Shown piece after piece: positions 48,711-59,353 of a stretch of DNA of 64,000 nt. Source of the DNA: an uncultured Gammaproteobacteria bacterium (GTDB taxonomy: Bacteria; Pseudomonadota; Gammaproteobacteria; JAURND01). Position numbers and translations under genes: made by a program. Positions within the stretch are counted from its first letter, which is position 1. Every line of letters begins with the position of its first letter. The stretch spans positions 250,613 through 314,612 of the forward strand of contig CAWCOU010000006.1 of NCBI GenBank assembly GCA_963797335.1, given 5' to 3'. The notes below the pieces were generated by a model, which was given only the letters and a program-made list of their open reading frames with translations, did not search any database and was not told the DNA's origin.

Positions 48711-49579
48711 TTCCTATGGCTCACATTACCCAATGGCGACAGCTTGCTCCTTGGCCTAATGATCTGCAAGTTGAACAAGATTTAATTTTATCTCGCATTA
48801 TTGTAGATATATTTTCAAATCCATTGCTCAAGGATGAATTAGCATTTCGTGGTGGCACTGCTCTGCATAAATTGTTTTTTAAGCCTGCTCAAAGATATAG
48901 TGAGGATATAGATTTGGTCAGAGTAAACCGAGGTAAAATTACCGATATAGTTGATGCTGTACGGTCACAGCTCGATGTATGGTTGGGTGAACCTAAAACG
49001 AGTCGAAATCATTCTAGCTTTAAGTTTCTTTATCGTTTTGTTCCTGAAACATCGAAATCTGTTATGTTAAGGGTAAAAATTGAGATTAATACCAGAGAGA
49101 ACTTTTCTGTTGTTGATCGAATATCTAAAAAATTTTTGGTAAATTCCGCATGGTTTTCAGGTGAGGCTAATGTCAATACTTATCAGTTTGAAGAATTATT
49201 AGCCACCAAATTAAGAGCTTTGTATCAACGAAAAAAAGGCCGTGATTTATTTGATTTATGGCTTGCGCTTAAACAGGAAGATTTGGATGTTGATAAATTG
49301 GTTCGAATATTTCTACATTATATGCACCGGGAAGGTAAAATCATTTCCAGAGAAATTTTTGAAAAAAATATAGCTTTAAAGCTGCAAGAACAAGTTTTCG
49401 TAAATGATATTAATCTATTGATAACTTCTGAATTGCGACAAAGCCAATCGAAATCAATGGTAACAGAAAGCGGTCATTTCATGACAACAGAAAATGGTGG
49501 TAACATGAGACCTGAAGGGTGGGATTTATTTGAGGCGGCAAAAGATGTTAAACAAAAAATTCTGGCTTTGTTGCCATAA
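48707..49579 (+). CDS. Type IV TA toxin, AbiEii/AbiGii nucleotidyltransferase
   Basis: QVEQDLILSR, FRGGTALHK, RYSEDIDL, KIEINTRE, KLRALYQRKKGRDLFDL. Confidence 0.92.
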   Translation: MIPMAHITQWRQLAPWPNDLQVEQDLILSRIIVDIFSNPLLKDELAFRGGTALHKLFFKPAQRYSEDIDLVRVNRGKITDIVDAVRSQLDVWLGEPKTSRNHSSFKFLYRFVPETSKSVMLRVKIEINTRENFSVVDRISKKFLVNSAWFSGEANVNTYQFEELLATKLRALYQRKKGRDLFDLWLALKQEDLDVDKLVRIFLHYMHREGKIISREIFEKNIALKLQEQVFVNDINLLITSELRQSQSKSMVTESGHFMTTENGGNMRPEGWDLFEAAKDVKQKILALLP

Positions 49580-49638
49580 GAATAATCGTCTCTCATGTCA
49601 TACTTTAACCTTTTTAATCTTTTTTCAGGAAAAAATCG

Positions 49639-49851
49639 ATGAAAGATAATTAAGAACCAATTCCTTCATTACATGATGTCGCAGGCCCAGCTCTATATGA
49701 GGCGTTTCTCAAGGCAGCGGAACTTGCGAAACAAACTCGCACTTATCTTGTGGTTCAGGAGGGGGATAGAATAAGGCGTATTTCCTATGAAGAAATTGAT
49801 GCTTTTGTAGCAGAGCAAAATACCCTTAAGGAACGTAAGGAAATAAAATAA
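49639..49851 (+). pseudogene. Small gene with premature stop at codon 5
   Basis: AGGA RBS, MKDN*EPIPSLHDVAGPALYEAFLKAAELAKQTRTYLVVQEGDRIRRISYEEIDAF...; frame stays open for 65 codons after the TAA. Confidence 0.5.
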
Positions 49852-49949
49852 ATTTTACCGAGGCTTTGCTAGAATTGAAATTTTTACCAATAGCCTAAAG
49901 TTTGTTAGTAAGCTTATTTTTATCCATAGAGTAAACAATTTGAAAATAG

Positions 49950-50025
49950 GAGGGTCTGGATTTATGCCATATTAAACCAAATGGCTGATTTTCTGAAAAT
50001 AAGGCAGAAATCCAGACTTGCCCCT
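49950..50025. repeat. Degenerate copy of family E element (inverted relative to 55211-55301)
   Basis: CAAATGGCTGATTTTCTGAAAATAAGGCAGAAATCCAGACTTG matches the reverse complement of the 55211-55265 segment. Confidence 0.8.
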
Positions 50026-50054
50026 TTCTCAAGGTTGGAAAAGACGTTGGGGCT

Positions 50055-50963
50055 TTAATTTTCCGTATTATTTTTATTGCTGTCTATTTGCTTCCATAGT
50101 TCTTCTAAGCCACAAAGGAATTCTCCGTTGAAGCCGAGGAAATAAAAAGTGGCTTCTCGTGCGTACACTTGCCTATGCGCAAACTGAAGAATATTGGAAT
50201 TTATCCCGGCCACTAGTTCCTTTGAGCCGCATAGAACTCCGTCGCTTCCTTCAAAATCGCCCACCAGAGCCACTTTTTTGGATAAAGGAAAGTAAATTTG
50301 AGTATCAGTGCAAGCAAATCCGGGAGGGGCATGATATTTTTCAGGTTCTTTCCATAATAAAGCGACAGGAAAATCGCATGAAATAAAATTTAGATCATCG
50401 GGAGCCTGGACTAACACCCATTTACGTTCGGATAAGAGGGGTAAGACGATCTTAACTCCATGAAATTCTAATTTCATATGTTGGTGACGATGATTTTGGA
50501 CTAAAAAGTCTTCTTCGTTATAGTTCTCTTTAAATTCCTTTGTAATCTCAATACCATTTATGATCGTACCGATTTCAGCCCGAGCCGCGTAAGATAGGGC
50601 TACTTTTGCTACATGGTCTAATAGTTGATCCCAATGAGCTCGGCGGTAGGGGTTTCTAACTGCAAAGTAAGCTATTAATGTCAGGATGGCAGAGCGGTCG
50701 GTGCCAGTGAAGTTGCCTGTACGGATTACATTTTGAATAGCATTCGATGCGGGATAGTCGAGATATTGACCTAAGATTCGTTCCAGATAGTCCGAGGGGT
50801 GCCCCGTAATTTCTATTTTATTAAAATCTTTTTCACCACCAACATTTCTTGGATTTGTTTTAAAATGTCTGCGGTCTTGTAAATCAAGGCAGGTTATAAA
50901 CTCATCAGTTGTAAAACCATTTAAATGACACTGAGAAAGAAAATGATGATGTCTTGCTGTCAT
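50055..50963 (-). CDS. DUF4238-like protein
   Basis: N-terminal RHHHFLSQCHLNGF, FAVRNP, FISCDFPV, YFPLSKKVAL, terminal AHRQVY. Confidence 0.8.
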   Translation of the reverse strand: MTARHHHFLSQCHLNGFTTDEFITCLDLQDRRHFKTNPRNVGGEKDFNKIEITGHPSDYLERILGQYLDYPASNAIQNVIRTGNFTGTDRSAILTLIAYFAVRNPYRRAHWDQLLDHVAKVALSYAARAEIGTIINGIEITKEFKENYNEEDFLVQNHRHQHMKLEFHGVKIVLPLLSERKWVLVQAPDDLNFISCDFPVALLWKEPEKYHAPPGFACTDTQIYFPLSKKVALVGDFEGSDGVLCGSKELVAGINSNILQFAHRQVYAREATFYFLGFNGEFLCGLEELWKQIDSNKNNTEN

Positions 50964-51081
50964 AACAGATGCTGGAGATTGAACTAGCTAAATTGTGAAC
51001 TTAAGATTTTCACTGTTACACAGGAATTACACAGGATAAAATTAAAAATTAAGTTTCTACTTGTAACCCTTTTGTGTGTAC

Positions 51082-51158
<77 letters not shown>

Positions 51159-51292
51159 GAATTTTTAATCAATTGATTGGATAGGATTATTTACAATGAC
51201 AACAACGAAAAGCTCGCTAATTATGTCTAATAAACCGAGCTTTGTCTAATAAAACAACCAGGAGCGGGAGCGCTCACCGAAATCACGCAACC

Positions 51293-53146
51293 TCACTCCT
51301 TCTCCAAATCCGTAAAGCTAATCAACTTCTCCGCCCGGCTCGGGTGGCGCAGTTTTCTCAACGCTTTCGCTTCAATTTGACGAATTCGTTCACGGGTCAC
51401 GTCAAACTGCTTCCCTACTTCTTCCAACGTATGATCCGTGTTCATTTCAATACCAAAACGCATACGCAACACTTTCGCCTCGCGGGCAGTTAGCGAATCC
51501 AAGACATCATTGATGGCGCCTTGTAGGCCGGCAATGGTGGCGGCGTCTATGGGGGATTCTTGGTACATGTCTTCAATAAAATCGCCCAGGTGGGAGTCTT
51601 CATCATCGCCAATGGGGGTTTCCATGGAGATCGGTTCTTTAGCGATTTTCAAGACTTTACGAATCTTATCTTCGCTCATTTCCATCAGCTTGCTTAACTC
51701 TTCGGGGGTTGGTTCTTGCCCCGTTTCTTGCAAAATCTGCCTGGAAATACGATTCAACTTATTAATCGTTTCAATCATGTGCACCGGAATACGAATGGTG
51801 CGGGCCTGGTCGGCGATGGAGCGGGTGATGGCTTGGCGAATCCACCAGGTGGCATAGGTGGAAAATTTATAACCGCGGCGGTATTCGAATTTATCCACCG
51901 CTTTCATCAAGCCAATGTTTCCTTCCTGAATTAAATCTAAAAATTGCAGGCCGCGATTGGTGTATTTTTTGGCGATTGAAATCACCAAGCGCAGGTTGGC
52001 TTCAATCATCTCTTTTTTAGCACGTCGCGCTTTGGCTTCGCCTATCGACATGCGGCGATTAATTTCCTTAATCTCAGCGATGCTCAATTCGGTTTCTTTT
52101 TCAGTCAGTAATAATTTTTTCTGAGCACGATGCACTTCGTCCGCCAATGATTTTAAAATAGCGGCTTTATTTTTATGGGTTTTGGTATACTCAGCCAACC
52201 AATCAAAATTAGTTTCATTATTCGGGAAAGAAGCAATAAAGGATTTACGCGGGGTTTGGGCACGGTTCACACATAAATCGAGAATAATACGTTCTTGTTC
52301 GCGCACCTGTTCCAACATTTCACGAACGCGGCGAATTTGGCGATTAAATTGTTTGGGGGATAATTTAAAGGCAGCAAATTTTTCTTGCAAAACTTTTAAT
52401 TTTTTCTCGGTGTTGCGGTGTTTTTTACCGTGCTTGGCCTTCGTTTCAATGTAGCTTTGGTGTAGCTCGGCCAATTCTTGAAAACGTTGACGCGCCAATT
52501 CAGGATCAGGACCTGTATCTAAAATGCTGGTTTCTTCACCGCCTTCCATGCCCTCCTCTTCTTCTGCTTCTAATAAAGGTTCAATGTCCACAGGCGGTGG
52601 TGTTTCACCGGTTTTTAAATCTTCTTCGTCTAAGAAACCGGTAATCACATCACTAAGGCGCTTTTCATCATTCATCGCCTTTTTATGTTCGTTCAGAATC
52701 GAGTCTATGATCTTGGGGTATTGCGCCAAAGCAAACATGACGTGCTTGGTGCCTTCCTCGATGCGTTGCGCGATGGCGATTTCGCCTTGACGAGTCAGCA
52801 GCTCCACGCTGCCCATCTCACGCATATACATACGCACCGGATCAGTGGTACGGCCAAATTCGGAATCAACGGGCACTAAGGCAGCGGCGAGTTCTTCTAC
52901 AACAACCTCTTCATCCGCTTCCTGATCGTCGTGGGTTTCAGCCAGCAATAAATTGCCAACGCCTGGGTCCTCTTCATGGACCTCAATACCCATTTGATTT
53001 AGAACAGTAATAATTTCTTCAATGCGCTCAGGGTCAATAAATTCAGGGGGCAGGCCATCGTTTAACTCCGCGGTGGTAAGAAAGCCACGGCTTTTACCCT
53101 TGATGATTAACGCTTTTATTGCTGACTGGTCGGTTTCAAAATTCAT
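51293..53146 (-). CDS. rpoD: RNA polymerase primary sigma factor
   Basis: [75 protein letters not shown]; ATG at 53146 preferred. Confidence 0.98.
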   Translation of the reverse strand: MNFETDQSAIKALIIKGKSRGFLTTAELNDGLPPEFIDPERIEEIITVLNQMGIEVHEEDPGVGNLLLAETHDDQEADEEVVVEELAAALVPVDSEFGRTTDPVRMYMREMGSVELLTRQGEIAIAQRIEEGTKHVMFALAQYPKIIDSILNEHKKAMNDEKRLSDVITGFLDEEDLKTGETPPPVDIEPLLEAEEEEGMEGGEETSILDTGPDPELARQRFQELAELHQSYIETKAKHGKKHRNTEKKLKVLQEKFAAFKLSPKQFNRQIRRVREMLEQVREQERIILDLCVNRAQTPRKSFIASFPNNETNFDWLAEYTKTHKNKAAILKSLADEVHRAQKKLLLTEKETELSIAEIKEINRRMSIGEAKARRAKKEMIEANLRLVISIAKKYTNRGLQFLDLIQEGNIGLMKAVDKFEYRRGYKFSTYATWWIRQAITRSIADQARTIRIPVHMIETINKLNRISRQILQETGQEPTPEELSKLMEMSEDKIRKVLKIAKEPISMETPIGDDEDSHLGDFIEDMYQESPIDAATIAGLQGAINDVLDSLTAREAKVLRMRFGIEMNTDHTLEEVGKQFDVTRERIRQIEAKALRKLRHPSRAEKLISFTDLEKE

Positions 53147-53310
53147 TGAACAGCATTCCCGATAGTTTTCTGAGAGTGTCACCTTTGCCAAAAAGTAACG
53201 TTCTTTTGTAAGCCCAATACCATGCTATCTAGCATTTTACCCGTTTCTTTTATTATTCTTTTATATAATGATCAGTGATTTTAAGCTAAACCACTGATCT
53301 TAACTGCTTT

Positions 53311-55059
53311 TTAATCATTAATCCAGTGTCGTTCTTTTAGTAAGTTTAGCAGATGTACCTTCTCATCAGCGGAAAGCTCCGCTGAGCTAGCTTTTGCCAT
53401 TAACTGCTGAATTTGCTGCTCGCGATGCAGGGTGGCAATCTTATCCAGCACACCCAATAACTCAGCTTCTGCGCCTTCAGCAGGCACCAGCAGCGGGCTT
53501 GCCGCCAACTCTGCCAACCGCCCAGCTATTTTGCTCTCTCGCCAATGTTCTAAGAGGTTTCCAGTATTTAATTGGGGGCTCCCTTGTAATAAATCAAGCA
53601 ATTGATAAAAAGTTGCCATACCCGGTAACGGTAAATTTTGCAGTGGGGCGGTTAAACGAATCTTCTGGGCCAATTCGGGATACTGCAATAATAAAGTAAT
53701 GGCCAGCGTAATCGGTTTAAACTTCAGCGATTCACCCTGGTCGATCATGGGCTTGGCCGTTATTAAATCACTAGTGGGTGTCAGCTCGGTGACGGTCATT
53801 AAATTCACACTGCTCATGCCCACTAACGTAGCTAGTTTATCTAACATCAGTTGAGCAAACACCCCGGGGCGTATTTTTTGTAGCAAAGGTTTGGCGAGGC
53901 TAGCTAGTTTTGCTTTACCGGCAATGGTGTCCATCTCAGTTTGCGCACTCAGATGCTGAAAAAAATAATCCACTAATGACAGCGCTTCGGTTATTTTTTG
54001 GCGAAAAGTTTCCGCTCCTATTTTACGAATCCAGCTGTCAGGATCTTCTCCCTCCGGCAGGAACATAAAACGAATTTGCCAACCATCTTGCAACAACGGC
54101 AAACAAACCTCTAGCGCGCGCCAAGCGGCCTCTTTACCGGCACGATCGCCATCAAAACAAAAAATCACCTCTGAAGTGCAGCGAAACATGCGCTGTAAAT
54201 GCCTGGCTGTGGTAGCCGTGCCCAAGGTGGCAACGGTTTCTGGAATGCCGTATTGATGCAGGGCGATGGCATCCATATACCCTTCCACCACCAATAAGAA
54301 TGGCAGAGTGTGTCGATTGCTTTGTTTGGCTTCATAAAGTGCGTATAACTCACTGCCTTTATGAAACAAGGGGGTTTCGGGCGAGTTTAAGTATTTCGGT
54401 AATTCATCTCCCAGGCTACGCCCACCAAAGCCAATCACCCGCCCCCGTTGGTCTCGGATGGGAATCATGATGCGTTGGCGGAACCGATCATAGCGTTTAT
54501 TTTTTTCAGAACGCACTAATAAGCCGGCCTGCAATAATTGCTCTTGTATACTGTCGGTCGCCTGCAAATAATGCGATAAATTGTCCCAACCTGAGGGTGC
54601 AACGCCGATTCCAAACCGTTGGCATATCTTCTTCGTTAGCCCCCTCTTTGATAAATAGGCTTTTACCTCTGGATGGGAATCTAGCTGCGTTTGGTAATAA
54701 TGGGCTGCCTTTTCCAGCAAATCATAAAGCGCTTGTTGCGAACCGGCGTGATCATCCATTTCACGGGGCACAGGCAAGCCCAGATAGCGAGCCAATTCCT
54801 CCACGGCCGGCACAAATTCCAGCCGCTCATAAGCCATCAAAAAGCCCAATACATTGCCGTGGGCCCCACAGCCAAAACAATAGTAGAACTGTTTGGGGGC
54901 ACTGACGGTGAAGGAAGGTGTCTTTTCGGCATGAAAGGGGCAGCAGGCAGAGTAATTGCTGCCGGTTTTTTTTAAGCTAACATGGCGATCGATGACCTCG
55001 ACAATGTCGGCACGAGTTAGGAGCTCATCAATAAAGGTTTGCGGGATGCGTTGGGTCAT
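53311..55059 (-). CDS. dnaG: DNA primase
   Basis: CPFHAEKTPSF...CFGC zinc finger, KYLNSPETPLF, VVEGYMD, FDGDRAG, DPD. Confidence 0.98.
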   Translation of the reverse strand: MTQRIPQTFIDELLTRADIVEVIDRHVSLKKTGSNYSACCPFHAEKTPSFTVSAPKQFYYCFGCGAHGNVLGFLMAYERLEFVPAVEELARYLGLPVPREMDDHAGSQQALYDLLEKAAHYYQTQLDSHPEVKAYLSKRGLTKKICQRFGIGVAPSGWDNLSHYLQATDSIQEQLLQAGLLVRSEKNKRYDRFRQRIMIPIRDQRGRVIGFGGRSLGDELPKYLNSPETPLFHKGSELYALYEAKQSNRHTLPFLLVVEGYMDAIALHQYGIPETVATLGTATTARHLQRMFRCTSEVIFCFDGDRAGKEAAWRALEVCLPLLQDGWQIRFMFLPEGEDPDSWIRKIGAETFRQKITEALSLVDYFFQHLSAQTEMDTIAGKAKLASLAKPLLQKIRPGVFAQLMLDKLATLVGMSSVNLMTVTELTPTSDLITAKPMIDQGESLKFKPITLAITLLLQYPELAQKIRLTAPLQNLPLPGMATFYQLLDLLQGSPQLNTGNLLEHWRESKIAGRLAELAASPLLVPAEGAEAELLGVLDKIATLHREQQIQQLMAKASSAELSADEKVHLLNLLKERHWIND

Positions 55060-55139
55060 TCACTTTGCTGTTAGCAGAGGTAGAAGGAAGAATTATATCA
55101 TACCTAGTTGCTTTTAATTTGGCGAATGGTTTACAAACC

Positions 55140-55301
55140 TGCCTAGGGGGTCATGCCTAGGGGGTCAAGTCTGTGCCTAGGGGGTCAAGTCTGAATTTCT
55201 GCCTTATTTCTGCCTAGGGGGTCAAGTCTGAATTTCTGCCTTATTTCAGAAAATCAGCCATTTGCTTTTCAAGGCAGAAATCCAGACTTGACCCCCTAGG
55301 C
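55140..55301. repeat. Family E inverted-repeat element with laddered left-end duplications
   Basis: Full element GCCTAGGGGGTCAAGTCTG...CAGACTTGACCCCCTAGGC (55212-55301) preceded by 14-, 20- and 37-nt copies of its own start. Confidence 0.88.
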
Positions 55302-55309
55302 CACAAATT

Positions 55310-55341
55310 TTAATAATTCATTAATAATGAGAGGATATTAT
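55310..55341 (+). promoter_or_regulatory. PmrA-like box plus -10
   Basis: TTAA-N7-TTAA-N11-TATTAT upstream of the Sel1 gene at 55415. Confidence 0.5.
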
Positions 55342-55414
55342 TCTCGTTATTTTGCTCGTTTTTCACGTAAATATATGAAAAAACATACAATTCTTACCTA
55401 TTGAGGCAATAATA

Positions 55415-57025
55415 ATGAGCAACCGGCCTTCAGATGAAACAATAAATTCCCCTGCAACAATAAAAGAAACTCAACTAATTTCGCCCCCTCAATCAGACGA
55501 TGTTACACCGCCCGTGTTTTCGCGAATTGAATTACTGGCGAGGATAGAAAGCCTGGTAGATAAATCCAAATTTCTACCCCTCCTTTTTACTGAACCCTCA
55601 CCAAACACGGTTCCATCGCAAATAGTAAGTCAATATCATTTAGCGCTTATTAATTACCAAGATATGCTGAAAGATCTTAATACCCTATTTATAGCAACCG
55701 TAAACCATCCCTCCGGCATAGATAATATTTGCGCAAACATTGAATTTGAAATAAGGAAAACAATTTCAAAAATAAATAAATTCTTAACTTTTGTTGATAA
55801 ATCTTCCTCCAGCAATCTATCTGGGCTAAGTGCAGAAATTGAAGCCTTAGGTTGGGAAATTAAACAATACATAAAATCATTAGCTTATTTTGCAATACAT
55901 TCCCTGGAATTATCCAAAGTATCGTCTTCAATAGAACGCCCATTTCAATTAGGTTTACATCTTTTAAAAAAGCCAACTCTGGAGCACAAAGCCGCTCCAC
56001 ATTTCGCTAAAGCAGCCGAAGCAGGTCATATTAAGGCGACCTATTATTTGGGCTGGTGTTATGAACAAGGAATAGGTACCTATAAAAGCATTCCTAATGC
56101 CCTCGCCAATTACCGAAAAGCGGCCGTTTTGAATGATCCCGATGCACTATTTAGATTAGGTGTATTTTATACAGAGGCGATAGGCGTTAAAGTTGATTTT
56201 GAAAAAGGTTTCAAATACTTCCGGAAATCGGCATTCGCAGGAAACGCCGATGGGCAATATATCTTAGGATATTACCATCAAAATCGAGGTGATGATGTAA
56301 AAGCAAAAAAATGGTATCACAAAGCTGCCGATCAAAATCATGCTCAAGCTCAATTTAACTTAGGTCTTTATCATATGGAACAATTTAATTATACGAAAGC
56401 GGCAGAATTCTATACAAAATCAGCAGATCAAGGTTATGCAAAAGCTCAAAACAATTTAGCTCAGCTTTATGAAAATGGTCTTATTGGTTCTCTACCTGAT
56501 GAAGATAAAGCTGGATGGTTATATTGGTCTGCCGCGCGACAAGGAGATAAAGACGCACAGTTTAATTTGGGTAATTTATATCTGGGGCATGGGAATTTGG
56601 AAGAAGCTATTAAGTGGCTTATTGCGGCTATGTTACAAAATGATACTCAGGCAGAAAATCAATTAATGACGGTATTAGCACAAAATCCCGAATTACAATC
56701 ATTAGCGGTGAAAGTATTGATGCTTGCCTGTGCGGAAGAATCTGAACTTGCCAGCTCGAAATTGGATCTTTTATATATGAACTTCCCTCATGCCAATTTG
56801 CAAAAAACGGCCCAAGAGCAGAAACACTGCTTATTAGCCAAACAACCAGATCCTGATGTAGCCTTAGATATCAAGAGAAAACAGCCCGTGGATTATGCTG
56901 CAATAAGTAGTTTAGCCTCTTTAAATTTACACAATGAAATTAGACATAAACACGAACGGGAAAAAAATACCCGATCATTAGACATAGGAGATCTACACGC
57001 ACCAAAGAATGTATTAACCACCTAA
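55415..57025 (+). CDS. Sel1-like repeat protein with unknown helical N-terminus, candidate effector
   Basis: AAEAGHIKATYYLGWCYEQGIG, AADQNHAQAQFNLG, SADQGYAKAQNNLAQLYENG, AARQGDKDAQFNLG; no signal peptide. Confidence 0.88.
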   Translation: MSNRPSDETINSPATIKETQLISPPQSDDVTPPVFSRIELLARIESLVDKSKFLPLLFTEPSPNTVPSQIVSQYHLALINYQDMLKDLNTLFIATVNHPSGIDNICANIEFEIRKTISKINKFLTFVDKSSSSNLSGLSAEIEALGWEIKQYIKSLAYFAIHSLELSKVSSSIERPFQLGLHLLKKPTLEHKAAPHFAKAAEAGHIKATYYLGWCYEQGIGTYKSIPNALANYRKAAVLNDPDALFRLGVFYTEAIGVKVDFEKGFKYFRKSAFAGNADGQYILGYYHQNRGDDVKAKKWYHKAADQNHAQAQFNLGLYHMEQFNYTKAAEFYTKSADQGYAKAQNNLAQLYENGLIGSLPDEDKAGWLYWSAARQGDKDAQFNLGNLYLGHGNLEEAIKWLIAAMLQNDTQAENQLMTVLAQNPELQSLAVKVLMLACAEESELASSKLDLLYMNFPHANLQKTAQEQKHCLLAKQPDPDVALDIKRKQPVDYAAISSLASLNLHNEIRHKHEREKNTRSLDIGDLHAPKNVLTT

Positions 57026-57087
57026 TCGGACAAGCACTAGCTTAATGCTGATTTACTTTTTTCGTAACTGCTCACCCCCCAACGCCG

Positions 57088-57458
57088 CCAGGGTATACAC
57101 ATATCTTTTTCAGTCAACTGTGAGTGAGTATTAGATTAGAGGTTAGCACTGTAAACCCCCTCTCCCGCGCGAGGGGCTTGAATAACGGCTCTGAACTTGT
57201 TCGCGGGAGAGGGTTGGGGAGAGGGCGAATGGATAGCGGTAGATTTTACCCTCTCCCCTAACCCTCTCCCGCGAATAGGTTTGCAGCTTTTGCCCAAACT
57301 CCTCGCGCGGGAGAGGGGGTTTACAGTGCTAATCATTAATCCGGTGACTACTCACAGTTGACTAAAAAAGATGTGTAATACCCTAGGGGACTTACAGTGC
57401 TAACCTCTAATCTAATACTCACTCTCAGTTGACTGAAAAAGATGTGTGCATACCTTAG
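57088..57458. mobile_element. Composite MITE-like element, copy 2, plus an extra inverted arm (57387-57458)
   Basis: Aligns along its length with 9169-9463; the extra arm is the reverse complement of the left arm. Confidence 0.8.
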
Positions 57459-57560
57459 CCTGGTGGATGGTGCCCGTTAGAGCGGATGAGGGGTAAACAT
57501 AAGGTTAAAAGCCACTTCTCACTTTCCAGAAAAAAATGACAGCATAACCCATAGCTCTTC

Positions 57561-59336
57561 TTATTTACTTTTTTCTAAATCATCCCATCGTTGATATAGC
57601 TCGGCAATTTTAGCTTTTTTTACTTCCATTTGCTGATATACCTCAACCAATGCATCTGAATCAGTCGCCAATGCGGTGTCTTGCAGCTTTGCTTCCAACT
57701 GCATAACTTCCGCCTCTGCTTTCTGAATTCTTTCTGGTATTCGACTCAATTCACGTTGTTCTTCATAGCTTAGGGTATTTTTATTTTTGGTTTTTGGTAT
57801 GGCGGCTGCGGTTTTTTCTGGTTTTTTGGGTTGCAGCGAGGCTTGTTGCCACTGATGGTAATCCGCAAAAAATTCATGATGACCTTGGCCATCTAAATAT
57901 AAAATGCGATCGCTGAGACGATCTAATAAATAACGATCATGGGTGATTAAGACAATCGCACCCGGGAATTCTCGCAAGCTATCTTCTAACACTTCCAAGG
58001 TAGGGATATCCAAGTCATTCGTGGGTTCATCTAATAATAAAATATCGGCTGGCTGCAACATCAAATTGGCAATTAACACCCGTGCTTGCTCACCACCAGA
58101 CAAGGTAGAAATAGTTTGCGGTAATTGCTCACTGTTAAAGAGAAAACGCTTCGCCCAAGCCGCAACATGGATATTACGCCCCTGATAGAGCACACCATCT
58201 CCGGAAGGCGCTAAAGCTCGCATCAAGGTTTGGCGCTGATCTAATTGTTGCCGCTTTTGGTCAAACGTCACCGTGCGCAGATTTTCTGCCCACTCCACTG
58301 TGCCGGCATCCGGCTTGATATCGCCATTGAGCACATGAATTAAACTGCTTTTGCCACTGCCATTCTGGCCCAATAAACCAAGGCATAAACCAGGGCTAAG
58401 GGTTAAGCTCAAGTCCTGAAACAAAAGTTTATTACCACGAGCAAGGCTGATCTGATGCGTGCGTAATAGCACTGTGGTTTTTCGTTGGGTGGCAGAAAAA
58501 TCAATCTCGGCCGTTTTGGTTTGCGCATTGCTCGTCTTGAGCTTTTGTAAATCCGCCTTCAATTGTACGGCTTTATCGATACGATACTGCGCTTTAGTCG
58601 TACGCGCTTTTGCACCCTGATGTAACCACTCTTCTTCCCGTCGAACTTTATTCGCCAATGATTGTTCTTTGCTGAGTTGGCCGGCAATAAAATCGGCGCG
58701 ATGTTGCAAGAACTGACTATAATTGCCCGTAATTTTCAAATAACCTTCAGGATAGATTTTATTTAATTCGACAATGGCATTGACCGTATTTTCTAAAAAA
58801 TAGCGATCATGGCTGACCACTACAAAACTAAACCTGGCAGTTTTTAAAATAGTCTCCAACCATAAAATCCCTGCTAAATCCAAGTGATTGGTCGGTTCAT
58901 CCATCAATAATAAATCGGGCTGTTGCAAGAACGCTTGCAGAATAGCTAAACGTTTACGCCATCCTCCGGAAAGAGTGCCTACACGCTGGCTTAGATTCGT
59001 AAATAAATCCTCACCGAGGGTTTGCCGGATGCGATGCTGACATTCTTGATCAGATAAACTCGGATCAGGAAATAAAATAGCTTTAATGGTCTGTTGCTCA
59101 TCAAACGAATCTTCTTGAGCAAGATAAGCTAAATGAGTCGCGGAATGGCAGCTGACTTTACCGCCGTCGGTCGTTTCCAGACCCATAAAAATTTTCAACA
59201 GCGTCGACTTTCCAGAACCATTCGGGCCGATCAACCCTATCCTATCTCCAGAGGCAATATGTAAAGAAATCTCCTGGAACAGCGTATCACTGCCGTAGGA
59301 TTTATGGATGTTTTGCGCACTCAGGAGTAAAGACAT
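57561..59336 (-). CDS. uup: ABC-F ATPase Uup-like
   Basis: Two ABC cassettes, EEEWLHQGAKARTTK linker, TFDQKR, C-terminal LSYEEQREL...RW coiled-coil domain. Confidence 0.85.
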   Translation of the reverse strand: MSLLLSAQNIHKSYGSDTLFQEISLHIASGDRIGLIGPNGSGKSTLLKIFMGLETTDGGKVSCHSATHLAYLAQEDSFDEQQTIKAILFPDPSLSDQECQHRIRQTLGEDLFTNLSQRVGTLSGGWRKRLAILQAFLQQPDLLLMDEPTNHLDLAGILWLETILKTARFSFVVVSHDRYFLENTVNAIVELNKIYPEGYLKITGNYSQFLQHRADFIAGQLSKEQSLANKVRREEEWLHQGAKARTTKAQYRIDKAVQLKADLQKLKTSNAQTKTAEIDFSATQRKTTVLLRTHQISLARGNKLLFQDLSLTLSPGLCLGLLGQNGSGKSSLIHVLNGDIKPDAGTVEWAENLRTVTFDQKRQQLDQRQTLMRALAPSGDGVLYQGRNIHVAAWAKRFLFNSEQLPQTISTLSGGEQARVLIANLMLQPADILLLDEPTNDLDIPTLEVLEDSLREFPGAIVLITHDRYLLDRLSDRILYLDGQGHHEFFADYHQWQQASLQPKKPEKTAAAIPKTKNKNTLSYEEQRELSRIPERIQKAEAEVMQLEAKLQDTALATDSDALVEVYQQMEVKKAKIAELYQRWDDLEKSK

Positions 59337-59353
59337 GGGTTCTCTAAAAATGT

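Noticed and set aside
57136-57336. 66-aa ORF (also 42722-42913)
   Set aside because: Translations of non-coding palindromic or tandem repeats
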